Shown: one piece after another, positions 1 to 8,182 of the stretch
Position numbering within the stretch: position 1 is the stretch's first letter
Layout of the letters: each line of letters opens with the position of its first letter
NCBI GenBank assembly: GCA_045863395.1
Contig: BTVJ01000043.1
Coordinates: forward strand, 1-64,000
DNA length: 64,000 bases
From: Myxococcales bacterium
GTDB taxonomy: Bacteria; Myxococcota_A; UBA9042; JABWCM01; BTVJ01
Reading direction: 5' to 3'
Translations under genes and position numbers: made by a program
Notes under the pieces: model-generated
The model's input: only the letters and a program-made list of their open reading frames with translations
Database searches by the model: none
What the model was told of the DNA's origin: nothing

Positions 1-1537
1 CGTGCGCCGCCCGGTGTGGGTGGGGGGTATTCCGTGCACATTTCAAATTTGGGGGGGTGCAATATTTTGTTTTTTGTGCTGGCTTCACCCCCCTCAAGAG
101 CCTCAGGCCGGAGTCCTCCGCGACCAGCTCCAGACGCCACCCCTCGCCCCCCATCGGGACGACCACGTCGGTCAGCACGTAGTCCGCCGCTCCAATACAC
201 GCCTCCACGTAGCGACCAGGGCTGTTGGGCATGAGGAGGGAGGCCGCCTCCAGCTCGGGCCGCAGGTGGACGGGCATCAGCGGGTGGCTGAACGGGGCGA
301 TCACCGCGCCCCCCGAGCGTAGGCGGTGCAGCCAGACGTCGTGGATGGCCAGGGACCCGTGGATGGGGGAGCGCGGGTCGAAGGCGTACTGGACGACCCC
401 GAGGAGCGTCGCATCGCGGGGGACCAGCCGAAGCAGGCGCTCGGCGGGGCGCTCCCGGCTGCCGGCGCTGAGCAGCTCCGCGAGGAACAGCGAGTGCCAG
501 GCGGCGGCAAGGGCGAGCGGGGCCACGGCGAGCCACCGGGCGCGCCCCCTAATGGCGATGAGGCCTGGCAGGACGAGCGACAGCGGCAGGAGCAGGCGGT
601 CGGCGAGGCCCGAGATGGTGGGGCGCAGGGCGTGGTCCGGGAGCGCCAGCCAGGCGATGAGGAGCGCGATGATCGCGGCCAGCGGCGGCCTCCTTGCCCC
701 GCGAGACAGGACCGCACCCGCCGAGATGAGCCCCAACGCCAGGCCCGTGACCGTGCCGTCGATGCCAGAGATCAGCACATTGCCGAGACGCGCCGGCATC
801 TCAAGGACGCGCTGGAGGGGGCCCGTCACGTAGAGGAGCTCCTCTGCACGCGGCGCCGCCAGAGCACCGCCCAACGTGAGCGCGAGGGCTGGCGAGGCGG
901 CCAGGGCGACCGCGCCGAGGCGGCGTGTTGCCGATGGCGCGCCGGGCTCCCTCCGGGGGACGAGGGCAGCGGCGCCCCCCGCGAGGCAGGCCGCCAGCGC
1001 CCCGAAGGCGTGGAACCCATAGGCCACGAGGAGCCACGAAGCGGCGCCGACGACCCGCGCCCTGCCAGGGGCCTCCGCGAGCCGGTGCAGGCTCGCGAGC
1101 GCGACGACCCCGAGGGGCACCGACGCCACGAAGGGGACGTAGCCCATCACCACCGCCGGAGTCAGCAAAAGCGGCGCGCAGAAGGCGGCGCCGGCCACCG
1201 GGAGCCCCGCCGCGTGGAGCAACCTGGCCACGCTGGCCGGCATGGCGACCAGCGCCGCGGCGAGGAGGGCCCGGGTCGCCAGCTCCGCGCCCATGAGCAT
1301 CGAGAGCATCCACGCCAGCAGCTCGTACAGCCAGCCGTGGACGGGCCAGGGGGTGGCGACGAGCACGGGGTCGCGCCCACCCAGCGCGTCACCGACCGCG
1401 CCGCTCAGGGCCGCGCGGACCAGCAGGTCCTGGAAGGGGAGGCGCGCCGGGAGGAGGATCGCGGCCGCCGCGATCAGGGCCACCGCCGTCGTGGCGGCGA
1501 GCACCAGCCGGTCGAAGCGCGACACCCCACCCAGCAC
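1..1537 (-). CDS. Multi-pass integral membrane protein, possibly GT-C-like; 3' end runs off the window
   Basis: Not in the ORF track because it has no stop in the window. Manual translation from GTG 1537 (or 1525): VLGGVSRFDRLVLAATTAVALIAAAAILLPARLPFQDLLVR..., then many hydrophobic helices; frame stays open to position 2. Confidence 0.7.
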   Translation of the reverse strand, partial: MLGGVSRFDRLVLAATTAVALIAAAAILLPARLPFQDLLVRAALSGAVGDALGGRDPVLVATPWPVHGWLYELLAWMLSMLMGAELATRALLAAALVAMPASVARLLHAAGLPVAGAAFCAPLLLTPAVVMGYVPFVASVPLGVVALASLHRLAEAPGRARVVGAASWLLVAYGFHAFGALAACLAGGAAALVPRREPGAPSATRRLGAVALAASPALALTLGGALAAPRAEELLYVTGPLQRVLEMPARLGNVLISGIDGTVTGLALGLISAGAVLSRGARRPPLAAIIALLIAWLALPDHALRPTISGLADRLLLPLSLVLPGLIAIRGRARWLAVAPLALAAAWHSLFLAELLSAGSRERPAERLLRLVPRDATLLGVVQYAFDPRSPIHGSLAIHDVWLHRLRSGGAVIAPFSHPLMPVHLRPELEAASLLMPNSPGRYVEACIGAADYVLTDVVVPMGGEGWRLELVAEDSGLRLLRGVKPAQKTKYCTPPNLKCARNTPHPHRAAH

Positions 1538-1579
1538 CCCTCCACCAGCGGGCCCGCGCGGCTGCGCCCCCACGCGCCG

Positions 1580-2842
1580 TCAGTCCCCCGCGCAGCCCGC
1601 CAGCTCGCCGAGCCAGGTGGCGGCGTCCGCGGTGCGGCTGAGGCGGTCGGAGAGGCGCGCGCCTGGGGCCCACCCGCCGTCGGGAGCCTGGGCCTCGACG
1701 AGCCACGCGGCCATGCGGCCCGCCATGGCGAGGGCCGCCGCGTCGCCGGTGTCCTGGGCCCACAGCGCCGCGCCCCACGCCACCTTGCAGGCGGTCGGGT
1801 CACGCAGCAGGGACTGCTCCGAGCGCACCAGCGACATGAGCCGCCCCGCGGGCTCGAGGAGCCCCCGGTCCCCCGTCGCGCGGGCGAGCTGCACCAGGAA
1901 CCCGATGGCGTGGCCGACCACCAGCCATGGCTGCCGGGGCTGGCCCACCCGCGCCACGTGCAGGAAGCTGCTGCCCGGCTCGAAGTCCCGGATGATGACC
2001 TCGCCGCGCCTCCGCAGGTAGAGCTCCCCGTCGGCATCCTGTGCGGTGACCAGGTCCGCCACCCATGTGCCCGCGGCCAGTGCCCGCTCCGTGCGTCCCG
2101 CGGCGAGGAGTGTCAGGCCGACGCTCACCGTGGCGCGGAGATCCGTGACCGCGACGCCCCCCTCGTCCACGCAGAAGCCGCCGCCGTCCGACGCGCGCAG
2201 CAGGGATCGCAGGACGGGGCCCACCAGCTCGTAGCGGCCCACCCGCTGGGCGGCGAGGGCGAACCAGGCGTTGGACAGCGCCCACAGCTCGTCGTACCCG
2301 GCGGCCGCCCGCAGGCACCCCTCGCTGCCGAGCCAGGTGCGGGCGACGTGATCGAGGACCCGCTGCGCCCCCTCCGCCCAGCCAGCGGCGGCGAGGGCCG
2401 CGGGGGCGCGGTAGTGGGCACCGAGGTCGGGTGCGTCGGGTCCGAAGGAGCCGTCGGGGCGCAGGTGCGCGGCCAGGAAGCCCACGGCGCGGGCGCGGGC
2501 GTCGGCGAGGCGCTGGCGGTCCGGGCGCTCGCCGCCGCGGGCCTCGCCGCGCACCCACCCGACGTAGGGGGCCAGCGACGCGCCCACGTCGACGGGCAGG
2601 ACCAGGATCTCGGGCAGATCGTAGGGGTGGAGGTCCACGATGCGGGCCTTGGCCGCGGCGACCGCCTCCTCCGCCACCTTGATGAGCAGGGTGACCTCCG
2701 GGTCGCGGCAGATGGCGCCCTCCCAGCGGTAGGTGCTGGAGATCGCCAGCGCGTTGACGCACGCCGCGAGGCGCCGGTCCACGAGGTCCGACGCGATGCG
2801 CTCGGCGGCGTCGGGCGGGCAGTTGGTCAGGAGGATGCGCAC
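1580..2842 (-). CDS. cutA: CutA divalent-cation tolerance domain fused to an alpha-helical toroid-like C-terminal domain
   Basis: N-terminal ~100 aa carry CutA motifs LVDRRLAACVN, STYRWEG, LLIK, LHPYDLPEI; GGAGG RBS before GTG; ~310-aa helical C-domain with LRPDGSF and AQAPDGGW motifs. Confidence 0.75.
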   Translation of the reverse strand: MRILLTNCPPDAAERIASDLVDRRLAACVNALAISSTYRWEGAICRDPEVTLLIKVAEEAVAAAKARIVDLHPYDLPEILVLPVDVGASLAPYVGWVRGEARGGERPDRQRLADARARAVGFLAAHLRPDGSFGPDAPDLGAHYRAPAALAAAGWAEGAQRVLDHVARTWLGSEGCLRAAAGYDELWALSNAWFALAAQRVGRYELVGPVLRSLLRASDGGGFCVDEGGVAVTDLRATVSVGLTLLAAGRTERALAAGTWVADLVTAQDADGELYLRRRGEVIIRDFEPGSSFLHVARVGQPRQPWLVVGHAIGFLVQLARATGDRGLLEPAGRLMSLVRSEQSLLRDPTACKVAWGAALWAQDTGDAAALAMAGRMAAWLVEAQAPDGGWAPGARLSDRLSRTADAATWLGELAGCAGD

Positions 2843-2855
2843 GGGCTGCCCTCCA

Positions 2856-5576
2856 TCAAGGGACAGGGGCGCGGTACACGACGGCGTGCTGGGCTCCGTC
2901 CGACCACTCGCGGCCGACCACCCACAAGGTCCCGTCGTGGACCCACACCCCCGTCAAGGCGTTGTTGCCGTGGACGTCCTCGCCCACCTGGCAGGGGGGA
3001 CACTCGTGGGTGGACAGCACCGCCAGGTGGTCCGGGCTGAGGGCGCCACCACTCGCAGGCGCGGCCATCAGCACCAGCTCCGCGCGGTCCAGCGAGCCCA
3101 TGTAGGTGTGGCGCGTGCCGACGACCCACGCGCGCCCATGCGCCACGTGGACCGACTCGAGATCGTATGCGACCGCGAATCCACCGAGCTGCGGACCAGA
3201 CTCCCACCCGGCGGCGTCTCGACGCGCCCAGAGCCCCTGGGTACCCACCGCCCACACGCTGTCGAGGTCCGCGCCATCGACCGCCAGGAGCTTGTCACCG
3301 GGGGTGGAATCCAGCGTGCTCGCGAGCGCCCACTGCGGCATGAGCCCCGCGGACTCGAAGATCAGGTTGTCCGAGTCGCCGGGGAGCTTGTTGCCGACCA
3401 GGACGTGCTTGACCACCGTCGCCGGGGTGCAGCCCTCGCAGGGCGCCGGCAGGCCCCAGAGGCCGGCTGGCCCCACGCCCGCGACGGGGAGCGCAGACAG
3501 GTCCTCGCAGTACCACTTGAAGCCGCCCGCGGGGTTGGCCTCCCGGGCGCAGCGCGCCAGGAAGGGGGACGTACCGTTGATGTTGAGGCCCCCGACGAGC
3601 CACTGCTCCGTGGGGGTGGCGAGCCCCGGGGGGGCCGCCAGGGTGGTGCCCCACACGTCGGTCAGGTCGCCCATGCCAGGGACGGTCTTGAGGGCGGCCC
3701 ACAGGCCGGGCGCCCCGTCCCAGGTGGTCCCGGTCTGGAAGCCGACGCGCCCCGCCGTGCCGACCACGGCGCGGTGGCGGATCGCCCGGTACACCGAGTC
3801 CGTCCGCTCGCTGCCGGTCATGACGGAGGGAGCCTTGTCGGCTGACAGAGCCACCACGAACGAGGTGGTCGTCCCGAAGCCGTCCACCCGCCAGCCCGCC
3901 GCCACAGGCAGCCCCTGCGACGCGGTGACGTCGACCAGCGCCGTCGCCGCCGTCTTGGGGGTGGTCACGGGGGTCCACAGCGTCCGTGTGAACCCGACGC
4001 ACGCGCCGCTCAGGCAGACGTCGGGACCCGTGGCGTCGTCCCCGTCGTCACAGGGGGCGAGATCGGCCTGACCGGCGCAGTCGCCGCACAGATCGAAGGG
4101 GCCGGGCGAGCAAGCCCCGTCTGTGCAGGCGTCTCCGCCGGTGCAAGGGTCGCCGTCGTCGCAGGGCGTGCCCGTGCCTGCGGTGAACTTGCAGCCCCCG
4201 TCCGGGAGGCACGTGTCGAGGGTGCACGGCTCCCCGTCGTCGCAGCTCGTGACGGTCGCCGGCACGCAGGCGCCGCCGGAGCAGGCCTCGTCGAGGGTGC
4301 ACGGATCCCCGTCGTCGCACGCCCCGCCCGCGGGCGTATGGACGCACCCGGTCATGGGGTCGCAGGAGTCGGCGGTGCAGGGGTTGGCGTCGTCGCAGGG
4401 CGTGGCGCCAGCGGGCAGGCAGACGCCGTCCTTGCAGGTGTCGCCGGTGGTGCAGGCGTCGCCGTCATCGCAGGGCTGCGCCCAGGTGGGCACGTGGACG
4501 CACTTGCCGATGGCGCAGCCGTCGTCCGTGCAGACCGTCCCGTCGTCGCAGTCCTTCTTGGGACCGGGCTTGCAGGCGCCGCCTGCGCAGGCGTCGTCCT
4601 CCGTGCACAGGTCGCCGTCATCGCAGGGGCCCTCCACGGGCGGGTGCGTGCAGAGCCCGGCGGGCGTACACACGTCGCCCGTGCAGGGGTCGCCGCCGTC
4701 GCAGGGGATGGTCGTGGCGGGGACGCACGCGCCGCCCAGGCACGTCTCCCCCTGGGTGCAGGTGTTCCCGTCATCGCACGCGGCGCCGTCGGGGAGCACG
4801 TCCGCTACGCACCCGATGCCCGGCGCGCAGGAGCCGACGCCGCACGGCCCGACCTCGCCCGCGCAGTCCGGGATGGTCGCCGCGTCCGGCTCGCACAGAC
4901 CATCCACGCACACGAGGGCGCCGGTGCAGGGGTCCGTGTCCTCGTAGGCCGCACAGTCCGCGTCCACCGCGCAGACACAGCCGTTGCCCACGCCGACGCA
5001 GGCGCCGCCGTCGCAGGTGTCCACCGTCGTGCAGGGGTTGCCGTCATCGCAGGGGTCGCTGTTGTCGACGGTCGCGCACTTCCCCCCGTCACAGAGGTCC
5101 GCCGTACAGGGGTTGCCGTCGTCACAGTCGAGGGGCGCGCCGCCACATGCCCCTGCGGCACACTGGTCGCCGACCGTGCACGGGTCGCCGTCGTCGCAGA
5201 GATCGCCGTCATCGGCCGGACCGGCCACGCAGGCGCCGTTCAGGCACCGCGCGGCCTCACAGGTCCCAACCACGACGTGGTCGCAGTCGGCGTCCACCCC
5301 ACAGGTGGCCCCGTCGTTGGCATCGAGTGCGTCCGTGGCGTCCGAGCCGCCGTCCCCGGGACCCGCATCGGTGTCCGCCGCGCCCGCGTCGGGTGCCGCG
5401 TCGGGCGCAGTGTCTCCCCCCGCATCCAGCGTGTCGACGCCGACGACGTCGGCCGGGACGTAGCCCCCACCCCCTGGGTCAAAGGTGACCCCCGGTGTCG
5501 CATCGTCCGCGGGACAGGCCACCAGACCCAGCAGGGTCAGATGGAGGGCGAGCTGAAGGAAGGGACGTGATCGCAT
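2856..5576 (-). CDS. Lipoprotein with CDDGDPCT-type Cys-rich repeats and a probable beta-propeller C-terminal domain
   Basis: Signal with lipobox-like LGLVAC, D/A-rich linker, many CDDG[DN]xCT units, then a beta-rich domain with DVWG/SVWAVG/LWVVG motifs. ATG 5576 has a GGAG RBS. Confidence 0.8.
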   Translation of the reverse strand: MRSRPFLQLALHLTLLGLVACPADDATPGVTFDPGGGGYVPADVVGVDTLDAGGDTAPDAAPDAGAADTDAGPGDGGSDATDALDANDGATCGVDADCDHVVVGTCEAARCLNGACVAGPADDGDLCDDGDPCTVGDQCAAGACGGAPLDCDDGNPCTADLCDGGKCATVDNSDPCDDGNPCTTVDTCDGGACVGVGNGCVCAVDADCAAYEDTDPCTGALVCVDGLCEPDAATIPDCAGEVGPCGVGSCAPGIGCVADVLPDGAACDDGNTCTQGETCLGGACVPATTIPCDGGDPCTGDVCTPAGLCTHPPVEGPCDDGDLCTEDDACAGGACKPGPKKDCDDGTVCTDDGCAIGKCVHVPTWAQPCDDGDACTTGDTCKDGVCLPAGATPCDDANPCTADSCDPMTGCVHTPAGGACDDGDPCTLDEACSGGACVPATVTSCDDGEPCTLDTCLPDGGCKFTAGTGTPCDDGDPCTGGDACTDGACSPGPFDLCGDCAGQADLAPCDDGDDATGPDVCLSGACVGFTRTLWTPVTTPKTAATALVDVTASQGLPVAAGWRVDGFGTTTSFVVALSADKAPSVMTGSERTDSVYRAIRHRAVVGTAGRVGFQTGTTWDGAPGLWAALKTVPGMGDLTDVWGTTLAAPPGLATPTEQWLVGGLNINGTSPFLARCAREANPAGGFKWYCEDLSALPVAGVGPAGLWGLPAPCEGCTPATVVKHVLVGNKLPGDSDNLIFESAGLMPQWALASTLDSTPGDKLLAVDGADLDSVWAVGTQGLWARRDAAGWESGPQLGGFAVAYDLESVHVAHGRAWVVGTRHTYMGSLDRAELVLMAAPASGGALSPDHLAVLSTHECPPCQVGEDVHGNNALTGVWVHDGTLWVVGREWSDGAQHAVVYRAPVP

Positions 5577-5604
5577 GGGGCGGGCTCCGAGCATGGCGTG
5601 GTCC

Positions 5605-5632
5605 ACCATATCACGGCGCCGCTACCATGCAA
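5605..5632 (-). promoter_or_regulatory. Putative sigma70 promoter of the Cys-rich lipoprotein cluster
   Basis: Minus strand TTGCAT-N16-TATGGT with a TGn extended -10, ~30 nt upstream of ATG 5576. Confidence 0.4.
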
Positions 5633-5732
5633 ATCCTTGGCGTGTCGCGGAGTTTGGGGCGCCGGGCGCGCGCTGACCCAGGTGGGTCCGCGGTGACCCG
5701 GGCAGGAGAGCGGGGGTGGAGCGGCGCTCGGC

Positions 5733-5834
5733 TCAGGGGGCGAACAGGCCGAGCAGCATCCACCAGCAGCCAAGCGCGAGGATCATCAAGCTCTTGAGGA
5801 ACGTGAGCCCGAAGTGTCTCCATGTCGTAAGCAT
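5733..5834 (-). CDS. Small hydrophobic membrane peptide (33 aa)
   Basis: MLTTWRHFGLTFLKSLMILALGCWWMLLGLFAP*; GGGAG RBS 7 nt before ATG; sigma54 motif upstream; too short for the ORF track. Confidence 0.55.
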   Translation of the reverse strand: MLTTWRHFGLTFLKSLMILALGCWWMLLGLFAP

Positions 5835-5884
5835 CGCGGAGCTCCCGGCGGGGGGGCAAGTGACCCCGCCTCCCGGGTGTAGGT

Positions 5885-5900
5885 TGCAGAGCGCGTGCCA
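5885..5900 (-). promoter_or_regulatory. Sigma54 (-24/-12) promoter
   Basis: Minus strand TGGCACGCGCTCTGCA has the GG-N10-GC spacing of the TGGCAC-N5-TTGC consensus. Confidence 0.6.
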
Positions 5901-5945
5901 GCAAGCAAGCCGAACCGCTCCGACACGGTAACAGCGGTGGCTGGG

Positions 5946-6881
5946 TCACTCCTGCAGGAAGGCCCCCACGGCGCTGAAGGTGAGGGCCGCCGACAGCTCG
6001 GCGCACTCCCCGTCGGCTCCCCGCACCAGGTCCCCTGCGCCGTTGAGCAGCATCTCGACGGCAGCGAGCACGCCGAAGTCCGCCGAGTCCGCCACCGTCG
6101 CGATGGCCATGAGGTCCGCGATGGGGACGCCGCCGCCGAGGAGGCCGTCCTCCAGGCCGCCGTCCCAGGTGACCCGGGCCCGCAGGACGGCGTTGCGCAC
6201 CGTCAGCTCGTAGTGCACCCCGAAGACCACGATGGGAAGGCGGGTCTCGAAGGGGCCGGCGTGCAGCACACCCCCGGTGACGTGCGCGCCGGGGAGCGGG
6301 CTGTCGGGATAGGCCGGGTTCGGGCGGAAGGTCTGGCTGGCGAGCAGGAGCCCGTCCGTGCCGAGGAGCGGCTTGCCCTGCCCCACCCGCAAGGTCGCGG
6401 TCACCGAGTCGTCCTCCGTGATGTCGTCCAGCCCCTCGAGCTGGATCATCAGGAGCAGACCACCGTCCTCGATGGCCCCCTGGATGAGCCCCTCCACCGC
6501 ACCGATGCCCACGAGATCGAAGAGCGGCACCAGGAGCGCGAGCTGGTTGTCGACGCCCGCAAGCCCGTCCGGGGACATGAGATCCCCGTGCCCACACGTG
6601 CTCTCGTCGCCCTTGGCGCTGACCTTGCCGTCCAGGTCGAAGCCCCGCGCGACCCCTGGGGACGCCTCACGCGTGAAGCCCATGGTGTCGATGGCGGCGA
6701 CCCGGACGGCGGCGACGGGAGCCGGCGAGGCGGCGTCCCCTTCCGCCAAGGCCCCCCCCGGTGGGGGCCACCCCGCCGCGGAGACCGTACCGAGGTTCGG
6801 CGCCTCGGCAACCGCCGAGGGCTCCCCAGGGTCGGTCAGGCAGCCCGCGAGAAGCAGGATCCAGGCGAATCTCACGGTCAT
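5946..6881 (-). CDS. Hypothetical lipoprotein associated with the DUF1552/DUF1592 pair
   Basis: Lipobox LLAGC; GFDLDG...GVDNQL segment; ATGA overlap with the DUF1552 gene. Confidence 0.75.
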   Translation of the reverse strand: MTVRFAWILLLAGCLTDPGEPSAVAEAPNLGTVSAAGWPPPGGALAEGDAASPAPVAAVRVAAIDTMGFTREASPGVARGFDLDGKVSAKGDESTCGHGDLMSPDGLAGVDNQLALLVPLFDLVGIGAVEGLIQGAIEDGGLLLMIQLEGLDDITEDDSVTATLRVGQGKPLLGTDGLLLASQTFRPNPAYPDSPLPGAHVTGGVLHAGPFETRLPIVVFGVHYELTVRNAVLRARVTWDGGLEDGLLGGGVPIADLMAIATVADSADFGVLAAVEMLLNGAGDLVRGADGECAELSAALTFSAVGAFLQE

Positions 6882-8182
6882 GCCTCGATCACCCCCAGCC
6901 CGTCCTTGGTGTGGCCCTCGGCGTCACCGATCTCGGCGAGGTCCAACCCGAGGGCGCGGCAGAGGGTGAGCAGCACCTTGCTCGCGTTCTCGCTGGACGC
7001 GGAGCGATAGTGCACGCCGGTCCGCAGGCGCCCGCCCGCCGAGCCCGCGAGCACGATGGGGAAGTCCTCCGGCGAGTGGGTCTTGCCCAGGCTGACGTCC
7101 GAGGTGCCGAGCAGGACGCAGTGGTCGAGCAGGGTGCCGTCTCCCTCTTTCACCTTGGCGAGAGCCGCGACCTGGGCGGCAAAGGCCTCCATGCACTGGA
7201 GCGTGATCTTGTGGACCTCGGGCTGCTCCCCCGGCTCGTCGTGGGTGAGCTGGTGGTGACCCGCCGTGGCGCCCTGGAAGAGCAGGTTGTTGACCGGGTG
7301 CGTGAACCAGTTGCTGAACACCCGGGTCTGGTCGCAGGCGAGGGCCATGGCGGCGATCTCGCTCATGATGGCGTTCTTCTCCGCGAGCTGGGGGCGCCCG
7401 TCGATGTCGGGGTACTCGCTCACCGGCACGGTCGGCAAGGCGCACGCGGCGAGGTTCGGCGGGTCCTCCTCCAGCTTGGCGAGGCGCTTCTCCAGGGTGC
7501 GCACGCCGTCCAGGTGGGCCTCCAGGCGCTGCTTGTCCTCCGCGCCCAGCGTCCCCTGCAGCCGCAGGAGGTCGTCGCCCACCGCGTCGAGGACGCTGCG
7601 CTTCAGGGCGAGGCGCGGGTCCACCTTGGGCTCGTCGCCGGGGAGGGTGAAGCTGCCGCCGAAGACCCGCTCGAAGAAGGCGATGGGCGAGGTCTCCGCC
7701 GGGTTTCGGCTGTTGGGGCCGTTGTGACTCATGCCGTCGCTGGACTTGGTGCCCAGCTCCAGCGAGGCGAAGCGGGTCTCCTGGCCGATGACGCCCGCGA
7801 TGATCTGATCGATGCTGGGACCCGAGAAGGTGTAGTCGCCGCCGTTCTTGATGATGGGTCGCCCGGACAGGAAGCCCGCCGCGGTGGCGAAGTGGGGCTC
7901 CACGTTGGGGACGCCCACGCGCATGCCTGAGACGACCGTGACCGCGTCCTTGAAGGGCGCGAGGGGGGCGAGCTGCTCGGAGAGCTCCCAGGCGGTGCCC
8001 TGCGCAGTCGGGACCCAGCGGCTCGGGAGGATGCCGTTGCCCCAGAAGAACAGGCCGAAGCGGCGGGGGAAGCCGCCCGGGGAGGCGGCGCGTGCGGCCC
8101 GCTCGAAGAGCTCCAGCCACGGCAGGCCCACAGTGACGGCCGCGCCCCCCAGAATCCCCCTGAGCAGCGTGCGCCGGTTCAT
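6878..8182 (-). CDS. DUF1552 (HXXSHH-like) family protein with a Tat-like signal
   Basis: MNRRTLLRG...VGLPWLE, FFWGNG, SIDQIIA, SLELG, ALACDQTRV, HHQLTHD, GTLLDH motifs. Confidence 0.88.
   Translation of the reverse strand: MNRRTLLRGILGGAAVTVGLPWLELFERAARAASPGGFPRRFGLFFWGNGILPSRWVPTAQGTAWELSEQLAPLAPFKDAVTVVSGMRVGVPNVEPHFATAAGFLSGRPIIKNGGDYTFSGPSIDQIIAGVIGQETRFASLELGTKSSDGMSHNGPNSRNPAETSPIAFFERVFGGSFTLPGDEPKVDPRLALKRSVLDAVGDDLLRLQGTLGAEDKQRLEAHLDGVRTLEKRLAKLEEDPPNLAACALPTVPVSEYPDIDGRPQLAEKNAIMSEIAAMALACDQTRVFSNWFTHPVNNLLFQGATAGHHQLTHDEPGEQPEVHKITLQCMEAFAAQVAALAKVKEGDGTLLDHCVLLGTSDVSLGKTHSPEDFPIVLAGSAGGRLRTGVHYRSASSENASKVLLTLCRALGLDLAEIGDAEGHTKDGLGVIEA

Noticed and set aside
326..3040. 904-aa plus-strand ORF
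   Set aside because: Antisense shadow of the minus-strand membrane protein and CutA fusion; no motifs, typical of high-GC DNA.
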